DNA from: a virus
Lineage: Duplodnaviria > Caudoviricetes
IMG/VR virus record: IMGVR_UViG_3300033121_000954
Location: 63,037 to 127,036 of that record
Reading direction: 5' to 3' (one strand)
Length of the DNA stretch: 64,000 nucleotides
Made by a program: the position numbers and the translations under genes. The notes beneath the pieces are model-generated. The model saw only the letters and a list, made by a program, of their open reading frames with translations. It did no database searches and had not been told where the DNA came from. Of the stretch, positions 10,219-20,107 are shown piece after piece (position 1 is the stretch's first letter; every line of letters starts with the position of its first letter).

Positions 10219-10698
10219 TTATGATATTATTTTTATCTGATTTTTATTAAAAACGACATAATTGTTTGCAACGATATTACCAGCAAAAATATCTCCATAC
10301 GAATCTTTAATGTCGTGCATTATAATTCCATCCAAATCATCGTCAACAAATCCGTTATACCAATCATAGTAACCCAATTCCTCACGCATTTCATCGTCAA
10401 TACCGTATTTTTTTATATCATCCGATATACCCTTAATCAACTTTGCAAATTGAGACGGGACATAGTGCTTTCCCATGAAAGTAATTGTTGATCCTCCATC
10501 AAAATCTACTTTAAGTGGATTGTCTAAATCTAACTTGGCCTTTATAATTATATTGCCATACGACTTAGCGACTTTAATATCGTCAGAAAAAAATATAGGC
10601 TCGGAATCATTAAACGAACTAAATTTGGTATTAGTACCATGATAAACTATCAAACTGTCTTGTATCTCGTTTAATAGTGGGGCTAATTTCATATTCAT
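10219..10698 (-). CDS. ADP-ribosyltransferase-fold protein (ART-PolyVal-like) with KLAPLLNE leader
   Basis: 'IVYHGT...F..F...IFFSDD..VAKSYG', 'DGII', 'YVVF.K.QIK'. Confidence 0.6.
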   Translation of the reverse strand: MNMKLAPLLNEIQDSLIVYHGTNTKFSSFNDSEPIFFSDDIKVAKSYGNIIIKAKLDLDNPLKVDFDGGSTITFMGKHYVPSQFAKLIKGISDDIKKYGIDDEMREELGYYDWYNGFVDDDLDGIIMHDIKDSYGDIFAGNIVANNYVVFNKNQIKIIS

Positions 10699-10712
10699 AT
10701 ATAATTCCTATA

Positions 10713-11561
10713 TTATATTTTCTTACTTGCTTCGGCTTGAGCCTTGGCTGCGTCTGCCTGTGCTTTAGCCGCTTCTGCTGCTGCTTGCGCTGCTTGCGCG
10801 TTTGCGATTGCGGCTTGACTTGCAGCCTTATCCGCTTCGCTTTGCGCTTTGGCGGCTTCTGCTTGCGCTTTGGCCTTTTCTTCGGCGGCTTTTACTGCTG
10901 CAATTTGAGCACTGGCTTCTGCCTTGGCACTTTCCGCCAACGCTGCACCAGTTTTAACATTTCCTTCCATCGTTTTTAACGCTTCTGAGTTGGTCACGTC
11001 TTTGAAGTCTTCTGTCCAGTTTGCTTCTTTATCAGGTATCTCTTCACTTGCAAGTTCAATCTGGTTACATTCTTTGTCTGACACTACACGAACGGAAAGC
11101 AATGTCTGATTTCGCTCAGCAAGCATAACTTCTAATGTTTTGTAATTTGGTATTTTCTTTTTCTTTCCGTCCAAATAAATATAATAAGTGTAATTTTCCT
11201 TATTTGTTGGGGTACTGTTTTCAGAAACACACCTGAAAATTTGACCTTCTGCCAATGTAAATTTGTCTGGTGGAATTATAGATGGAGGTACAAAATAAGA
11301 AAATCCAGTATCAATATATTGTGCAAAATTGTCATCAAATATTTGGGTTTTCCTCGGAACAAAATTCAAATATAATTTTTGCTTTTCCGTTGGAATTATG
11401 TATGTTCCAGCACCATTCCGGGTGGACAACGTATAGTTTTGTTTATCTATATTATCTTGTGTAATAAATTCGTAAGTTTCACCTTCTTTTGGAATGGTAA
11501 TTAATTTCGCATTGCTGGATAGCAAATCGTTATACACAATATTTGAAAGTGTTATTTCCAT
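10713..11561 (-). CDS. Virion-region protein with Ala/Lys/Gln-rich coiled-coil C-terminus
   Basis: Repeated AKAQAEA units. Confidence 0.65.
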   Translation of the reverse strand: MEITLSNIVYNDLLSSNAKLITIPKEGETYEFITQDNIDKQNYTLSTRNGAGTYIIPTEKQKLYLNFVPRKTQIFDDNFAQYIDTGFSYFVPPSIIPPDKFTLAEGQIFRCVSENSTPTNKENYTYYIYLDGKKKKIPNYKTLEVMLAERNQTLLSVRVVSDKECNQIELASEEIPDKEANWTEDFKDVTNSEALKTMEGNVKTGAALAESAKAEASAQIAAVKAAEEKAKAQAEAAKAQSEADKAASQAAIANAQAAQAAAEAAKAQADAAKAQAEASKKI

Positions 11562-11562
11562 T

Positions 11563-11925
11563 TTATTTAATCAAGTGTTCCACTTTTTTCCACACAGCGA
11601 TTGCGGCTTTTTGATTTAATCCAATCCTGATGACTTTTATCGGTGTGGTCGGTTGTGTAATTTTGTAAGCAAGTTGACGGTGATGTCCATCAACTATATA
11701 ATTATCAATTGAAATAACAATTGGCGGCATTGGTTTACCTTGCCGGATTTCCTTTGCAATGCGGATGACTTTTTCTTTATCAACTTGATGCTGAGAGTGG
11801 TACAATTCAGATGGAAGTACATTAACAACCTTCACCCCAATGTTGTTTCGTTTTAGAACATTTATCGCATCAGTTAGTTCATTACCAGCAATTTGTGGCA
11901 TGACGTATCGGTTTACTTTGGTCAT
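11563..11925 (-). CDS. ParB/Sulfiredoxin N-terminal domain protein
   Basis: 'PPIVIS.DNYIVDGHHR' motif. Confidence 0.75.
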   Translation of the reverse strand: MTKVNRYVMPQIAGNELTDAINVLKRNNIGVKVVNVLPSELYHSQHQVDKEKVIRIAKEIRQGKPMPPIVISIDNYIVDGHHRQLAYKITQPTTPIKVIRIGLNQKAAIAVWKKVEHLIK

Positions 11926-12296
11926 TTTGGCTCTCTATACATCAATTCTGATATTGTAAAATCTTTATTTCTTCCCTTATTTAATACAAATCCAAACCGT
12001 TTATAAAATTCAATGAGTCTGGATTGGCTGGTTGTGCCATGTCGTTTGTCAATCAGTCCGGGTGTCAATACGATTCTCTTTTTTAATCTATCGGCGTATT
12101 CACACAATTCATTCAACACTTTAGTCCCAACCCCATTTCCTTGATTTTCCTTGCCGACAATTATCGTATCTAATTTTATATAATCTTTATGTTCATATAC
12201 ATGAAACGCCTTTAGACCATATTTTGTCTCTATCGCATTTGCCCAAGATTCTATACTTTCGGATAAGATTTCTTTTATTAAATTTCGTATTGTCAT
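11922..12296 (-). CDS. GNAT acetyltransferase with IRNLIKEILSE leader
   Basis: 'QGNGVGT' acetyl-CoA motif A and 'LIEFYKRFGF'; start reassigned to the ATG at 12296. Confidence 0.75.
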   Translation of the reverse strand: MTIRNLIKEILSESIESWANAIETKYGLKAFHVYEHKDYIKLDTIIVGKENQGNGVGTKVLNELCEYADRLKKRIVLTPGLIDKRHGTTSQSRLIEFYKRFGFVLNKGRNKDFTISELMYREPK

Positions 12297-12297
12297 A

Positions 12298-13428
12298 TCA
12301 ATTCCTGCGGATTCTAAAAATATGATTGTCATCAGTCACTCTGACAGTATCCCCACCATCAAACTCGGATTTTATTACAATTTTATAATATCGTTCTGGC
12401 AAAAATGACCCACAATCAAGTTTTATATAATTACCCGAACTATCACAATTTACTTTCGTTCCAACAGTGTTGAAGGGGACAATTACTTCGTCCGTCGCAA
12501 CATCCTGAATTTGAAAATATGAACCTGTTGGAAGTCGTTTTGAATTCAAATAATTAGAACTTGTTGCATACGTTTGAATTGGAAAACGCTCCCTGATATG
12601 TAACCGAACTTTTGGTTTTTCTGCATTTGTGTAAGTTTCTCGTAAATTCTTTGTATCCAACACAAAATCATCACTTCCAATCTCATTAAATGAACCAGTC
12701 CCGCTTAGATTTGTATCATTCCAATACACCTCAAGACGAGGCAAAAATATAGTATGAGATTCGTTTGAAAAGAATTGCAAAGATTGAAATACTGTTGTAT
12801 CAAATTCGTTTGCATCAGAAAGTTTTACAACAAACCCCTGATTTACAATTGATCCCGCCAGCCAAGCATTTACCACATTGGTTACGTCCATTCGCATATC
12901 TGGAGATTCATTTTCAAATGTTTGACTTGCAGAATAATTTGTAAACCAATTGCCACCGCCATACACAGTATCGTAACTTCCAGTAGAATTTGCATTGTAA
13001 CTGGATGTTGTCCACTGCGTACCAGTTACTTTATCGCTACGATATTTCCAAGAAACTCCGTTGGATATTTCGGGCAAATTGCTGTAATGCCCTGTGCCAT
13101 TTGTCCAACTGCCAGAAATTGGGTAAGCCCATAATGTATAACGGATTGGTAAATCTGTGGCAGTCGTTGCCTTCAATGTCAGGAAATATTGTGCAGTATT
13201 GCTATCAATCTTACCCGATACAATTGAACTTGAAATATCACTTAAATCAAATTTGATAAATATACGAGAATTTAATGTATTGGAATAATACACTGTATCA
13301 TCACCCACAATGGATGGATTACCAACTGTCGCTTTAGTTATTTCCAATATTTCATCCGCGCTCGCATTCTTATTTGGAAATTGAGAGTACAAGACGGTAT
13401 CGGCGGTTGGATAAATTATTTTATACAT
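12298..13428 (-). CDS. Virion protein with DNRLRE/CBM96-like domain
   Basis: 'ADT...SRIFIKFDLS...W...MDVT..V.AW...NQGF...F.S.E..PRLEV' pattern. Confidence 0.6.
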   Translation of the reverse strand: MYKIIYPTADTVLYSQFPNKNASADEILEITKATVGNPSIVGDDTVYYSNTLNSRIFIKFDLSDISSSIVSGKIDSNTAQYFLTLKATTATDLPIRYTLWAYPISGSWTNGTGHYSNLPEISNGVSWKYRSDKVTGTQWTTSSYNANSTGSYDTVYGGGNWFTNYSASQTFENESPDMRMDVTNVVNAWLAGSIVNQGFVVKLSDANEFDTTVFQSLQFFSNESHTIFLPRLEVYWNDTNLSGTGSFNEIGSDDFVLDTKNLRETYTNAEKPKVRLHIRERFPIQTYATSSNYLNSKRLPTGSYFQIQDVATDEVIVPFNTVGTKVNCDSSGNYIKLDCGSFLPERYYKIVIKSEFDGGDTVRVTDDNHIFRIRRN

Positions 13429-13438
13429 TTATAATTCC

Positions 13439-15304
13439 TTAAATTTCAACACATCTCACTCGTATATCCCGTTTTAAAAACTGAACGGTGAAAATACTTG
13501 GATCAATTGGAGGGTAAATTACACGGTCGCGAGTCGCAACATCAATATCATATTGATTGCCACTATATCCTTGATTCACATCAATCAAATTAGTAAATTT
13601 TATATTACGAATTGACTGAACACCATCCACCAAATCAAGTTTTGAAACTATATTTGAAATTATAATCGGAGCATTGATATTCATGTTCATCGGATCAAAT
13701 ATTTCAATCAATTTTTCCAACACCCGCAAAGATACCTCATTACTGTTTTCAGATGGACGAGCGATGATTTCACAATCCACTCCAATGTTTATTATGAACG
13801 GGTCTTTTATCTGGATTGCGTCGGTCATCAGTCGGTATTGTGACAAATATTTCTTCAAATTTTGCTTTATTGCTTCATTACACGTTACCAATTGCCCCGA
13901 TCCATTCAGAGACAATACATACAAATTAAGTGAATAAATGTTTGGTATTCTGTCTGACCTCCAACCACCCAATTGACTATCCTGTTCAATGTATGCTTTA
14001 GCAACTGCTCCATATTTTGCGGGCATTGTAAAGCATCGTATAATATAGTCCTCTTTTGTAACTGCTCTATTCTGTGTTGCAAAATTTGCAATTGCTTCTT
14101 CACGAATTATATTAAGAGGCTTTCTATTCTGTCCACCAAACGCTCCGTTTGGATTATTTATGGATAGACTGTCTTTAATGGTTTGCAAAACTGTCGGGTC
14201 TGTGGAATCAACCGGATCAACAATATCACTTTCAAGAATTCGGGTGATTGTATTTGCATTCACATTGTCCGAAATTCCGCTTGTAGTCGCATATCTAACA
14301 GTGAGTAAGGTATCTGATGGTGCAGTACCATAAGTCTTGGTGTAGAGGAAATTAAGGGGGTCTAATGACACGTCCGAAATCCTTTCAAAATAGTTCAATC
14401 CAAGACCGACATTGAAAGGATTGGGTACAATTTCCTCATCTGCTTCGGCACTCATACCTGCACCGAACTGAATTTCAAATGTGTTGTCCGATCTCAATCT
14501 CGTTACAAACCTATGTTCAGTTTGTTTGTATGTCAATAAATATGGAACTGAACTTCTATGCTGACTAAGGACAGGATCGTTGTATGGTAAATTGCGGTAT
14601 GGTATTGCTACCAAATCTTGTGCTAAATAAGGAACCTCGTACCAAATATTTGTATCCGAATCTACAATATCAATAATTTCAGTCACGTTAGTTTCCGGAA
14701 TTACAATCTTATCATATATCTTTGGTTCACCAAATTGAAAAGTAGCAGTCTTCATCTGCCCACTGACTGCTTTCACTCGTTTTTTCAGCAAATAATATTC
14801 AATTGCGCCATCGTTTGTGACGGAATATGTTGTGATAGTAGTTGGGTCTAAACTTGAACTGAATCTAAAATCAACAGAGTCTTTAGTATAAAAGAAAACT
14901 GCATCGGTATCCGTTGTGGAGACGCGCATATTATCTTTGATAAATAACGCATATCTAAAATCGGGCTTAGTGTTAACTCCTTCTCCTATACTCGGAATTA
15001 ACTGAAAAACATCCAAATCCACAGATGCGGGTACGACTGTTTTTGCAGAATAGCCCATTGCACGAGAGAGATTGTAAATATTTTTACGTTCCTCCGCCAG
15101 TGTTAATAAACTTTCCTGAAGGTTGATGTCACTTGAAAAATTGAGGACATCCGTTACATACGCAATACTTTCCAGCGTAGCAATTAGTGGATTTGCTTCA
15201 TTGAAATCTGAATTTGCGTTTGGAAAATACTGCTTGAAATAGTTAATCAGTGCAGTTCTATTCTCAGCAAAATCTTTATAAAGAAATTTTACATTGCGTT
15301 TCAT
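13439..15304 (-). CDS. Baseplate wedge subunit (T4 gp6 / baseplate J-like)
   Basis: 'KDF...LINY.K.YFP..SDFNE', 'IQFG.G', 'QNRAVTKEDY' motifs. Confidence 0.85.
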   Translation of the reverse strand: MKRNVKFLYKDFAENRTALINYFKQYFPNANSDFNEANPLIATLESIAYVTDVLNFSSDINLQESLLTLAEERKNIYNLSRAMGYSAKTVVPASVDLDVFQLIPSIGEGVNTKPDFRYALFIKDNMRVSTTDTDAVFFYTKDSVDFRFSSSLDPTTITTYSVTNDGAIEYYLLKKRVKAVSGQMKTATFQFGEPKIYDKIVIPETNVTEIIDIVDSDTNIWYEVPYLAQDLVAIPYRNLPYNDPVLSQHRSSVPYLLTYKQTEHRFVTRLRSDNTFEIQFGAGMSAEADEEIVPNPFNVGLGLNYFERISDVSLDPLNFLYTKTYGTAPSDTLLTVRYATTSGISDNVNANTITRILESDIVDPVDSTDPTVLQTIKDSLSINNPNGAFGGQNRKPLNIIREEAIANFATQNRAVTKEDYIIRCFTMPAKYGAVAKAYIEQDSQLGGWRSDRIPNIYSLNLYVLSLNGSGQLVTCNEAIKQNLKKYLSQYRLMTDAIQIKDPFIINIGVDCEIIARPSENSNEVSLRVLEKLIEIFDPMNMNINAPIIISNIVSKLDLVDGVQSIRNIKFTNLIDVNQGYSGNQYDIDVATRDRVIYPPIDPSIFTVQFLKRDIRVRCVEI

Positions 15305-15313
15305 TTATCGTTC

Positions 15314-15787
15314 CTATTGCACGATTGTTGAAATCGCGCCCCCTTCTTGAAATATCGTTATTGTCTTATTTGCATTGCTATTCTCAACGCTAAACGTAAT
15401 TATGATTTGTATTGCATTTTCCGGGTCTCCATTAACAGATACATCGGATGTTGGGCGACCTTTAACTACAATACTATGGTTTTTAATATATGGAAGCCAA
15501 TACGCCGACTGTCGTTCTATTTCAAATTCTATTTCAGTTCTAATTGATTCGGTATTTTGTTCAAATAAATAGTCTTGTAGTCCAACTCCAAAATTTATCT
15601 GCATGTACCGCTCACCTTTTCGGGTCAATAACAGATTTATATAATTTGTTACTGCCTGATCTTCAGTAGTCCTACTCATATTAAAAAACCCACCAACCGT
15701 TTTTGTTTGTAAACCGTTGGTAGGGAGTTTAATTCCTATGAAGCCATAATCTTCTCGCTCGTCTTCTGGATAATATTTAATTGGCAT
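15314..15787 (-). CDS. Baseplate wedge subunit gp25-like
   Basis: 'NLLLTRKGERYMQINFGVGL...LFE...YWLPY' GPW/gp25 motif. Confidence 0.85.
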   Translation of the reverse strand: MPIKYYPEDEREDYGFIGIKLPTNGLQTKTVGGFFNMSRTTEDQAVTNYINLLLTRKGERYMQINFGVGLQDYLFEQNTESIRTEIEFEIERQSAYWLPYIKNHSIVVKGRPTSDVSVNGDPENAIQIIITFSVENSNANKTITIFQEGGAISTIVQ

Positions 15788-15962
15788 TATGTGTCCTTAA
15801 TCATTTTTTTGATAGTATCAATATACCAAATACAAAATCCAGCAACTCCAAAATAAAATACATCAGTTATTTCAAAATAAATGAGTGATTTTCCTATTTG
15901 GAGTGCCATGAATCCAGTAAGTACCGCAGTTATAAACCATGAATAAAATATTGATAGTTTAC

Positions 15963-16970
15963 TCATTTTCTATCTCGTAATTCTTTTGTTTTATCAATAA
16001 CGTATCTCTTGATGGATTCTCCATCAGATAATTCTTTTACTTTTTTTAGTATATCTTCAATGGTTTGTGCAGTTTCAATGGTCTCGGGAAGTGCTAAATA
16101 TGGCATCCCAGGAACACCTCGGTGATTTTGGTATAAATTTACAGCCCAATAAGGAGTTTTCATAAATGTTCCTCGCGTAAACACCAACGAAATGTTGTCC
16201 ATTAATTTTATTCGGGCATCTTCCCCATTCCAACTAAGTCCTAACTTGTTGGCTAAATAAGTGGTCATATCCTGCTTTTTGAAGACCTTGCTCACCGAAG
16301 TTGTTTTGAATTTTTCCAATTTAACTTTTGGAAAGGCGATTTCTGGCTTTGTAAAAATATCGTGGTTTTGGGTTCTGGTATAATTGGTTTGGGACAATTT
16401 GAGTTTTTTACTGTTGAAGAACCCATACGCAACCACGACAAGCGGGTAACTTATATTACCACTCCCGCTTCCAAGTGAAGTTGTTTGCGTTACATTGCTC
16501 AGCAAACATGAGAACTCAATTAAAAATAATATCCCACGATCACCATTTGAAAATTCTGCCGCCAGCGAAATATACTCCGCATAGTCCGACGCAGATTTTG
16601 GAGATGTGCGGACGATTCTGGATGTAAATGGCTCGTTGTAAACAGATTTAAAATACGATTCAAACGCACTTAAATTAAGTTTGGATTTTAGTTGCTCCAA
16701 TACTTCAAATGCGAGTTTTATATTTTTCTCGGCAGTCTGTGCTCTGTTAGCAGATGATGTCGTTGCCAATGTTTGTTTTTCTAAAAATTCCTTTGCCGCA
16801 ATTACGTCTCGCATCGCTTCATCACTTCCTCCACGATCTGGATGAGACTTGATTGACGCTTTGCGAAATGCCGTTTTTATGTTCTCTGGAGTCAGTTCAT
16901 TCTTAGATAATCCGAGCACTGCCAACGCACGATCAAACGTAATTTCCAATAAAAGTTGTTTTAATTTCAT
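15963..16970 (-). CDS. DnaJ (J-domain) protein with KLKQLLLE leader
   Basis: 'A..VLGL...IKTAFRK.S.K.HPDRGG' with an intact HPD. Confidence 0.8.
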   Translation of the reverse strand: MKLKQLLLEITFDRALAVLGLSKNELTPENIKTAFRKASIKSHPDRGGSDEAMRDVIAAKEFLEKQTLATTSSANRAQTAEKNIKLAFEVLEQLKSKLNLSAFESYFKSVYNEPFTSRIVRTSPKSASDYAEYISLAAEFSNGDRGILFLIEFSCLLSNVTQTTSLGSGSGNISYPLVVVAYGFFNSKKLKLSQTNYTRTQNHDIFTKPEIAFPKVKLEKFKTTSVSKVFKKQDMTTYLANKLGLSWNGEDARIKLMDNISLVFTRGTFMKTPYWAVNLYQNHRGVPGMPYLALPETIETAQTIEDILKKVKELSDGESIKRYVIDKTKELRDRK

Positions 16971-16972
16971 AT

Positions 16973-17485
16973 TTAACCTACCTTATTTAACCAACTCATA
17001 TCTTCGTCATCACCAGATGAATGCCCCATGTCTGAATCATCAGCAATCATAGCAAAGATTTTTGATTTTACTGCCGAATTTGGTTGAGATTTGAACATTC
17101 CACTATAATCGCGATTCATCGCTTCCATCACACCTTTAACGCCCGGATTTGAAATGTTGGGACGGCTGCCGTCCAACCCAGAAGTTACAACAATAGGAGT
17201 TTGTTCATCTATATATCCAAGTCGCGAAGCAATATCTTGTTGTTCCGATATTGGCTCACATTCAGACAGAATTGAGTTTAACATCGGGTCGTTTGAATAT
17301 TTAATTCCCCGTTTGGGCTGTTCAAAAACCAAATTTTTGCGAAAGTTCTTTTGAACTTCCACTAAATTGTTTGGTTTTGCTTGTGGTGTTTTCATTTCGT
17401 TCAATAACTGAGCCTTCAACTGTTTGAACTCTTCCCTAACAGCCTTTTGAATGATCTCAGTTAACATTTTTTGGAGTTTTGTCAT
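16973..17485 (-). CDS. Hypothetical virion-region protein
   Basis: Likely start MTKLQKMLTEIIQKAVREE; 'DPMLNSILSE' and 'AMNRDYS' motifs. Confidence 0.6.
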   Translation of the reverse strand: MTKLQKMLTEIIQKAVREEFKQLKAQLLNEMKTPQAKPNNLVEVQKNFRKNLVFEQPKRGIKYSNDPMLNSILSECEPISEQQDIASRLGYIDEQTPIVVTSGLDGSRPNISNPGVKGVMEAMNRDYSGMFKSQPNSAVKSKIFAMIADDSDMGHSSGDDEDMSWLNKVG

Positions 17486-17623
17486 TCTACGTTCTCTCCT
17501 ATAAATTTTGCGATACCAACATGCAATTTTCTTGCCATTGAGTGAATTCATATTGGTCAGCGACATGCTGCCAGTCTGTATCTTTGGAACACCTTTCCAA
17601 GTATTCTTGATATATAATATTCA

Positions 17624-17851
17624 TCATATTTTAATTCGTTGTAAGAATAGTTCTTTCGTTTCTTCGTATTCAACCTCATTCCAGATTTCAAACATGGACC
17701 AATAATTACCAGACCTGAGAAGGTTGACCGTATTTAATTCAGTACGAACAAACTTTTTGATTTGTTCTAAATCAATTTGATCGTAAAATATATCAAACAT
17801 CTGTTTGAACATGTGCGACCCTTCAAAAAATGAAATCCGAATACGTTTCAT
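17624..17851 (-). CDS. Hypothetical protein
   Basis: Preceded by a sigma-A promoter (TACCTTTG at 17872-17879). Confidence 0.55.
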   Translation of the reverse strand: MKRIRISFFEGSHMFKQMFDIFYDQIDLEQIKKFVRTELNTVNLLRSGNYWSMFEIWNEVEYEETKELFLQRIKI

Positions 17852-17871
17852 GTGTTGTAAATTTTATACAA

Positions 17872-17912
17872 CAAAGGTAATCACATTTTAAATACCGTAC
17901 AAATCATTAACA
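17872..17912 (-). promoter_or_regulatory. Bacteroidetes sigma-A-type promoter
   Basis: TTTG-N20-TACCTTTG plus upstream TGTTAA. Confidence 0.65.
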
Positions 17913-17917
17913 CATCG

Positions 17918-18652
17918 TTAAATACTAAAAGTTCTAACTACTTCAATTGCGGTTTTTGGAATCGTATTTAGTGTAAAGTATCCATGCCCTTTACTATTGG
18001 GATCCTTATAAATTTGAAAATAATTTGGGATTAATCGTGTACTTATTTTCAAAATGGTAAATTGTCCATCTCTACTTTTTTTCCATGCGTTTGGATTGTT
18101 TCTTATCATCAACTCCACTTCATCATCACTTCTGCCCAAATAAACTCTTGGTGGGTGATTGGATGTTACAGAGTGCGATTTAGGTATCAACCCCAAAGTC
18201 ATAATTTTCAGGGCACGTTCTCGTGAAGTAATGTGATATAAAAATTGCGGTATTTTCTCAACTCTAATATCATACTTGGCTTCAAATTTTATCATTACAG
18301 TATCAAATTCTGGATATCGCTCATTGAAATAAACTTCCTCGTATTTACCTTTGTCCTTAATCTGGTTGTTTACCATGTAATAAACGTAAGATGGAATCCA
18401 CCCCAAATTATTTGCAAGTGCAATTATTTCATCGGGTGTACGTCTATTATCCGAATCAATCAAAACGTGAAATACATTTTTATCTTTATATTGGTCACAT
18501 TCAACTTTATGATTTTTTAAAATTGATATAGTTTTGTCAAGAGGCCATGTCTTCAACAAGCCTTCGTTTAACAAATTTTCCTCTATAAATACATCATATT
18601 CGTCGTCATCGTCTATCATATTGATAGTATCAATTATACTGCGAATTTTCAT
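17918..18652 (-). CDS. ART-fold (Tpt1/KptA-like) domain protein with acidic N-terminal leader ending LLNE
   Basis: 'LYHITS...I...GLIPKS...PRVYL'; start reassigned to MKIRSII. Confidence 0.55.
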   Translation of the reverse strand: MKIRSIIDTINMIDDDDEYDVFIEENLLNEGLLKTWPLDKTISILKNHKVECDQYKDKNVFHVLIDSDNRRTPDEIIALANNLGWIPSYVYYMVNNQIKDKGKYEEVYFNERYPEFDTVMIKFEAKYDIRVEKIPQFLYHITSRERALKIMTLGLIPKSHSVTSNHPPRVYLGRSDDEVELMIRNNPNAWKKSRDGQFTILKISTRLIPNYFQIYKDPNSKGHGYFTLNTIPKTAIEVVRTFSI

Positions 18653-18653
18653 A

Positions 18654-19724
18654 TTAAGGTTGTTTAAATTTTGTAAAGTCGGCACTTTGCAATTGAATGT
18701 ATTGTGCTACGGACGTTGCAGGCCCCGTTGGGCCAGCCGGAGTAGAGTACATGCTGGAGCCTTGGGAAAGTTTTACATCCTCCCCCAGCCATTTCTTCAA
18801 AAAATCCATCAAATCATCCAAGTTAACCTTATACTTTTCAGTCTGCATAACGATTTTCTTTCCGGTTATAATGGTTTGCGTGTTTCCGATTAAAAATAAA
18901 ATATCCTTTTTGGCATTCACTACCACCCTATCACTGTCCAATACAATCTGCGACTTCCCTTGAAAATTTCCAAGTTTTTTAACCTCCAAGTTTTTATCAA
19001 ACCCACCCTTCAATTTAGAAAGTGTTTGATTTACAGTCATATATATACTGGACTCATCCTTTGAAATATCTTCAACTGTGTATTTATTTGTAGATGTCTT
19101 GAAAATATTTAAACTTGATACTGAATTGCCTGATCCGCCTTCTGGTTTTTTTACGCGGAGGATCATCAGCGGGTCTGCGTTTTTAGTTCCCTTCCATGTT
19201 GGCTTTTCGCTGTAAATGGATTGGTCTCCACCTTGAATTGTTGTACCCATTCGTATAGAGGTGCCAGTCCGAGATTGAATTATGGTATCTCCCTCAAAAG
19301 GTTGTATCGGAAAAACGCGGGTTGGATTATCTGGAAATGTATAATTTTTTTCTTTGTCGGCATTTCGTAATCCACTACCACCACTTCCAACATTATTTCC
19401 ACGAGCCCAAATTTTAGGGAATTTGTGACTGACTAAATCATCGGTTGAATTGATCGGACTCAAATATAAAAACCCAATACCTTTAATCCCCGATGAAGAC
19501 CAATCATTTGTAGGTCCACCAATTACCATAACCATCTCGCCAATATGAGGAATCCTGCAATTCCATTCGCATGGGCGACAATATACATTCCGAACCTGCC
19601 CTAAATTTGACTGATGTGATCCAATTCTAACTTGAATACTTCCAAGTGGTAACGGATCCCCGTCGTCATCTTTTTGGTTTGGCTTAAATGCCATTTTATT
19701 TTCAACAACTTCCGCTATAAACAT
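18654..19724 (-). CDS. Baseplate hub/spike protein (gp5/VgrG OB-fold-like)
   Basis: 'P.IGEMV.V', 'PFEGD.IIQSR.G.SIR.G', 'QIV.DSDRVV.NAK', C-terminal 'TPAGPTGP'. Confidence 0.65.
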   Translation of the reverse strand: MFIAEVVENKMAFKPNQKDDDGDPLPLGSIQVRIGSHQSNLGQVRNVYCRPCEWNCRIPHIGEMVMVIGGPTNDWSSSGIKGIGFLYLSPINSTDDLVSHKFPKIWARGNNVGSGGSGLRNADKEKNYTFPDNPTRVFPIQPFEGDTIIQSRTGTSIRMGTTIQGGDQSIYSEKPTWKGTKNADPLMILRVKKPEGGSGNSVSSLNIFKTSTNKYTVEDISKDESSIYMTVNQTLSKLKGGFDKNLEVKKLGNFQGKSQIVLDSDRVVVNAKKDILFLIGNTQTIITGKKIVMQTEKYKVNLDDLMDFLKKWLGEDVKLSQGSSMYSTPAGPTGPATSVAQYIQLQSADFTKFKQP

Positions 19725-19726
19725 GA

Positions 19727-20107
19727 CTAAAAATCGCTTGCTTGACCCGGTTGCATTTGTTCTCTAATTCCCCGTAACAATTCTTGCTTTTGATCATCAC
19801 TCAATCCTTCAGTAAGTCCTGCATCATCATTGAATTTGCCGGGTTTCTTTTGCTGCATTCGTTGCACGATCATAGCAAGTTTCAACAAATGTTCATCATT
19901 TTGTATTGCAGTCTGCTGTAACTGAATGAGTAATGGCATTACTGTCACAACATCTTGGACGGTTGTCAATACACGCCCAACCTGTTCCGCTGTCGCCATT
20001 ATATTTGCGGCTTTGGTTTCGTTGTTTTTGTATATTTTTTTAAACAGCCGTTCAAGTGTAATTATTTCTTGATTGTCGTCTGTAAATAATACAATATCTT
20101 TGTTCAT
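19727..20107 (-). CDS. Conserved hypothetical protein
   Basis: Operon-coupled helical ORF. Confidence 0.55.
   Translation of the reverse strand: MNKDIVLFTDDNQEIITLERLFKKIYKNNETKAANIMATAEQVGRVLTTVQDVVTVMPLLIQLQQTAIQNDEHLLKLAMIVQRMQQKKPGKFNDDAGLTEGLSDDQKQELLRGIREQMQPGQASDF

Noticed and set aside
10730-10950. GC-rich repetitive stretch as a non-coding repeat
   Set aside because: It is explained by the Ala-rich coiled-coil coding sequence of 10713..11561.
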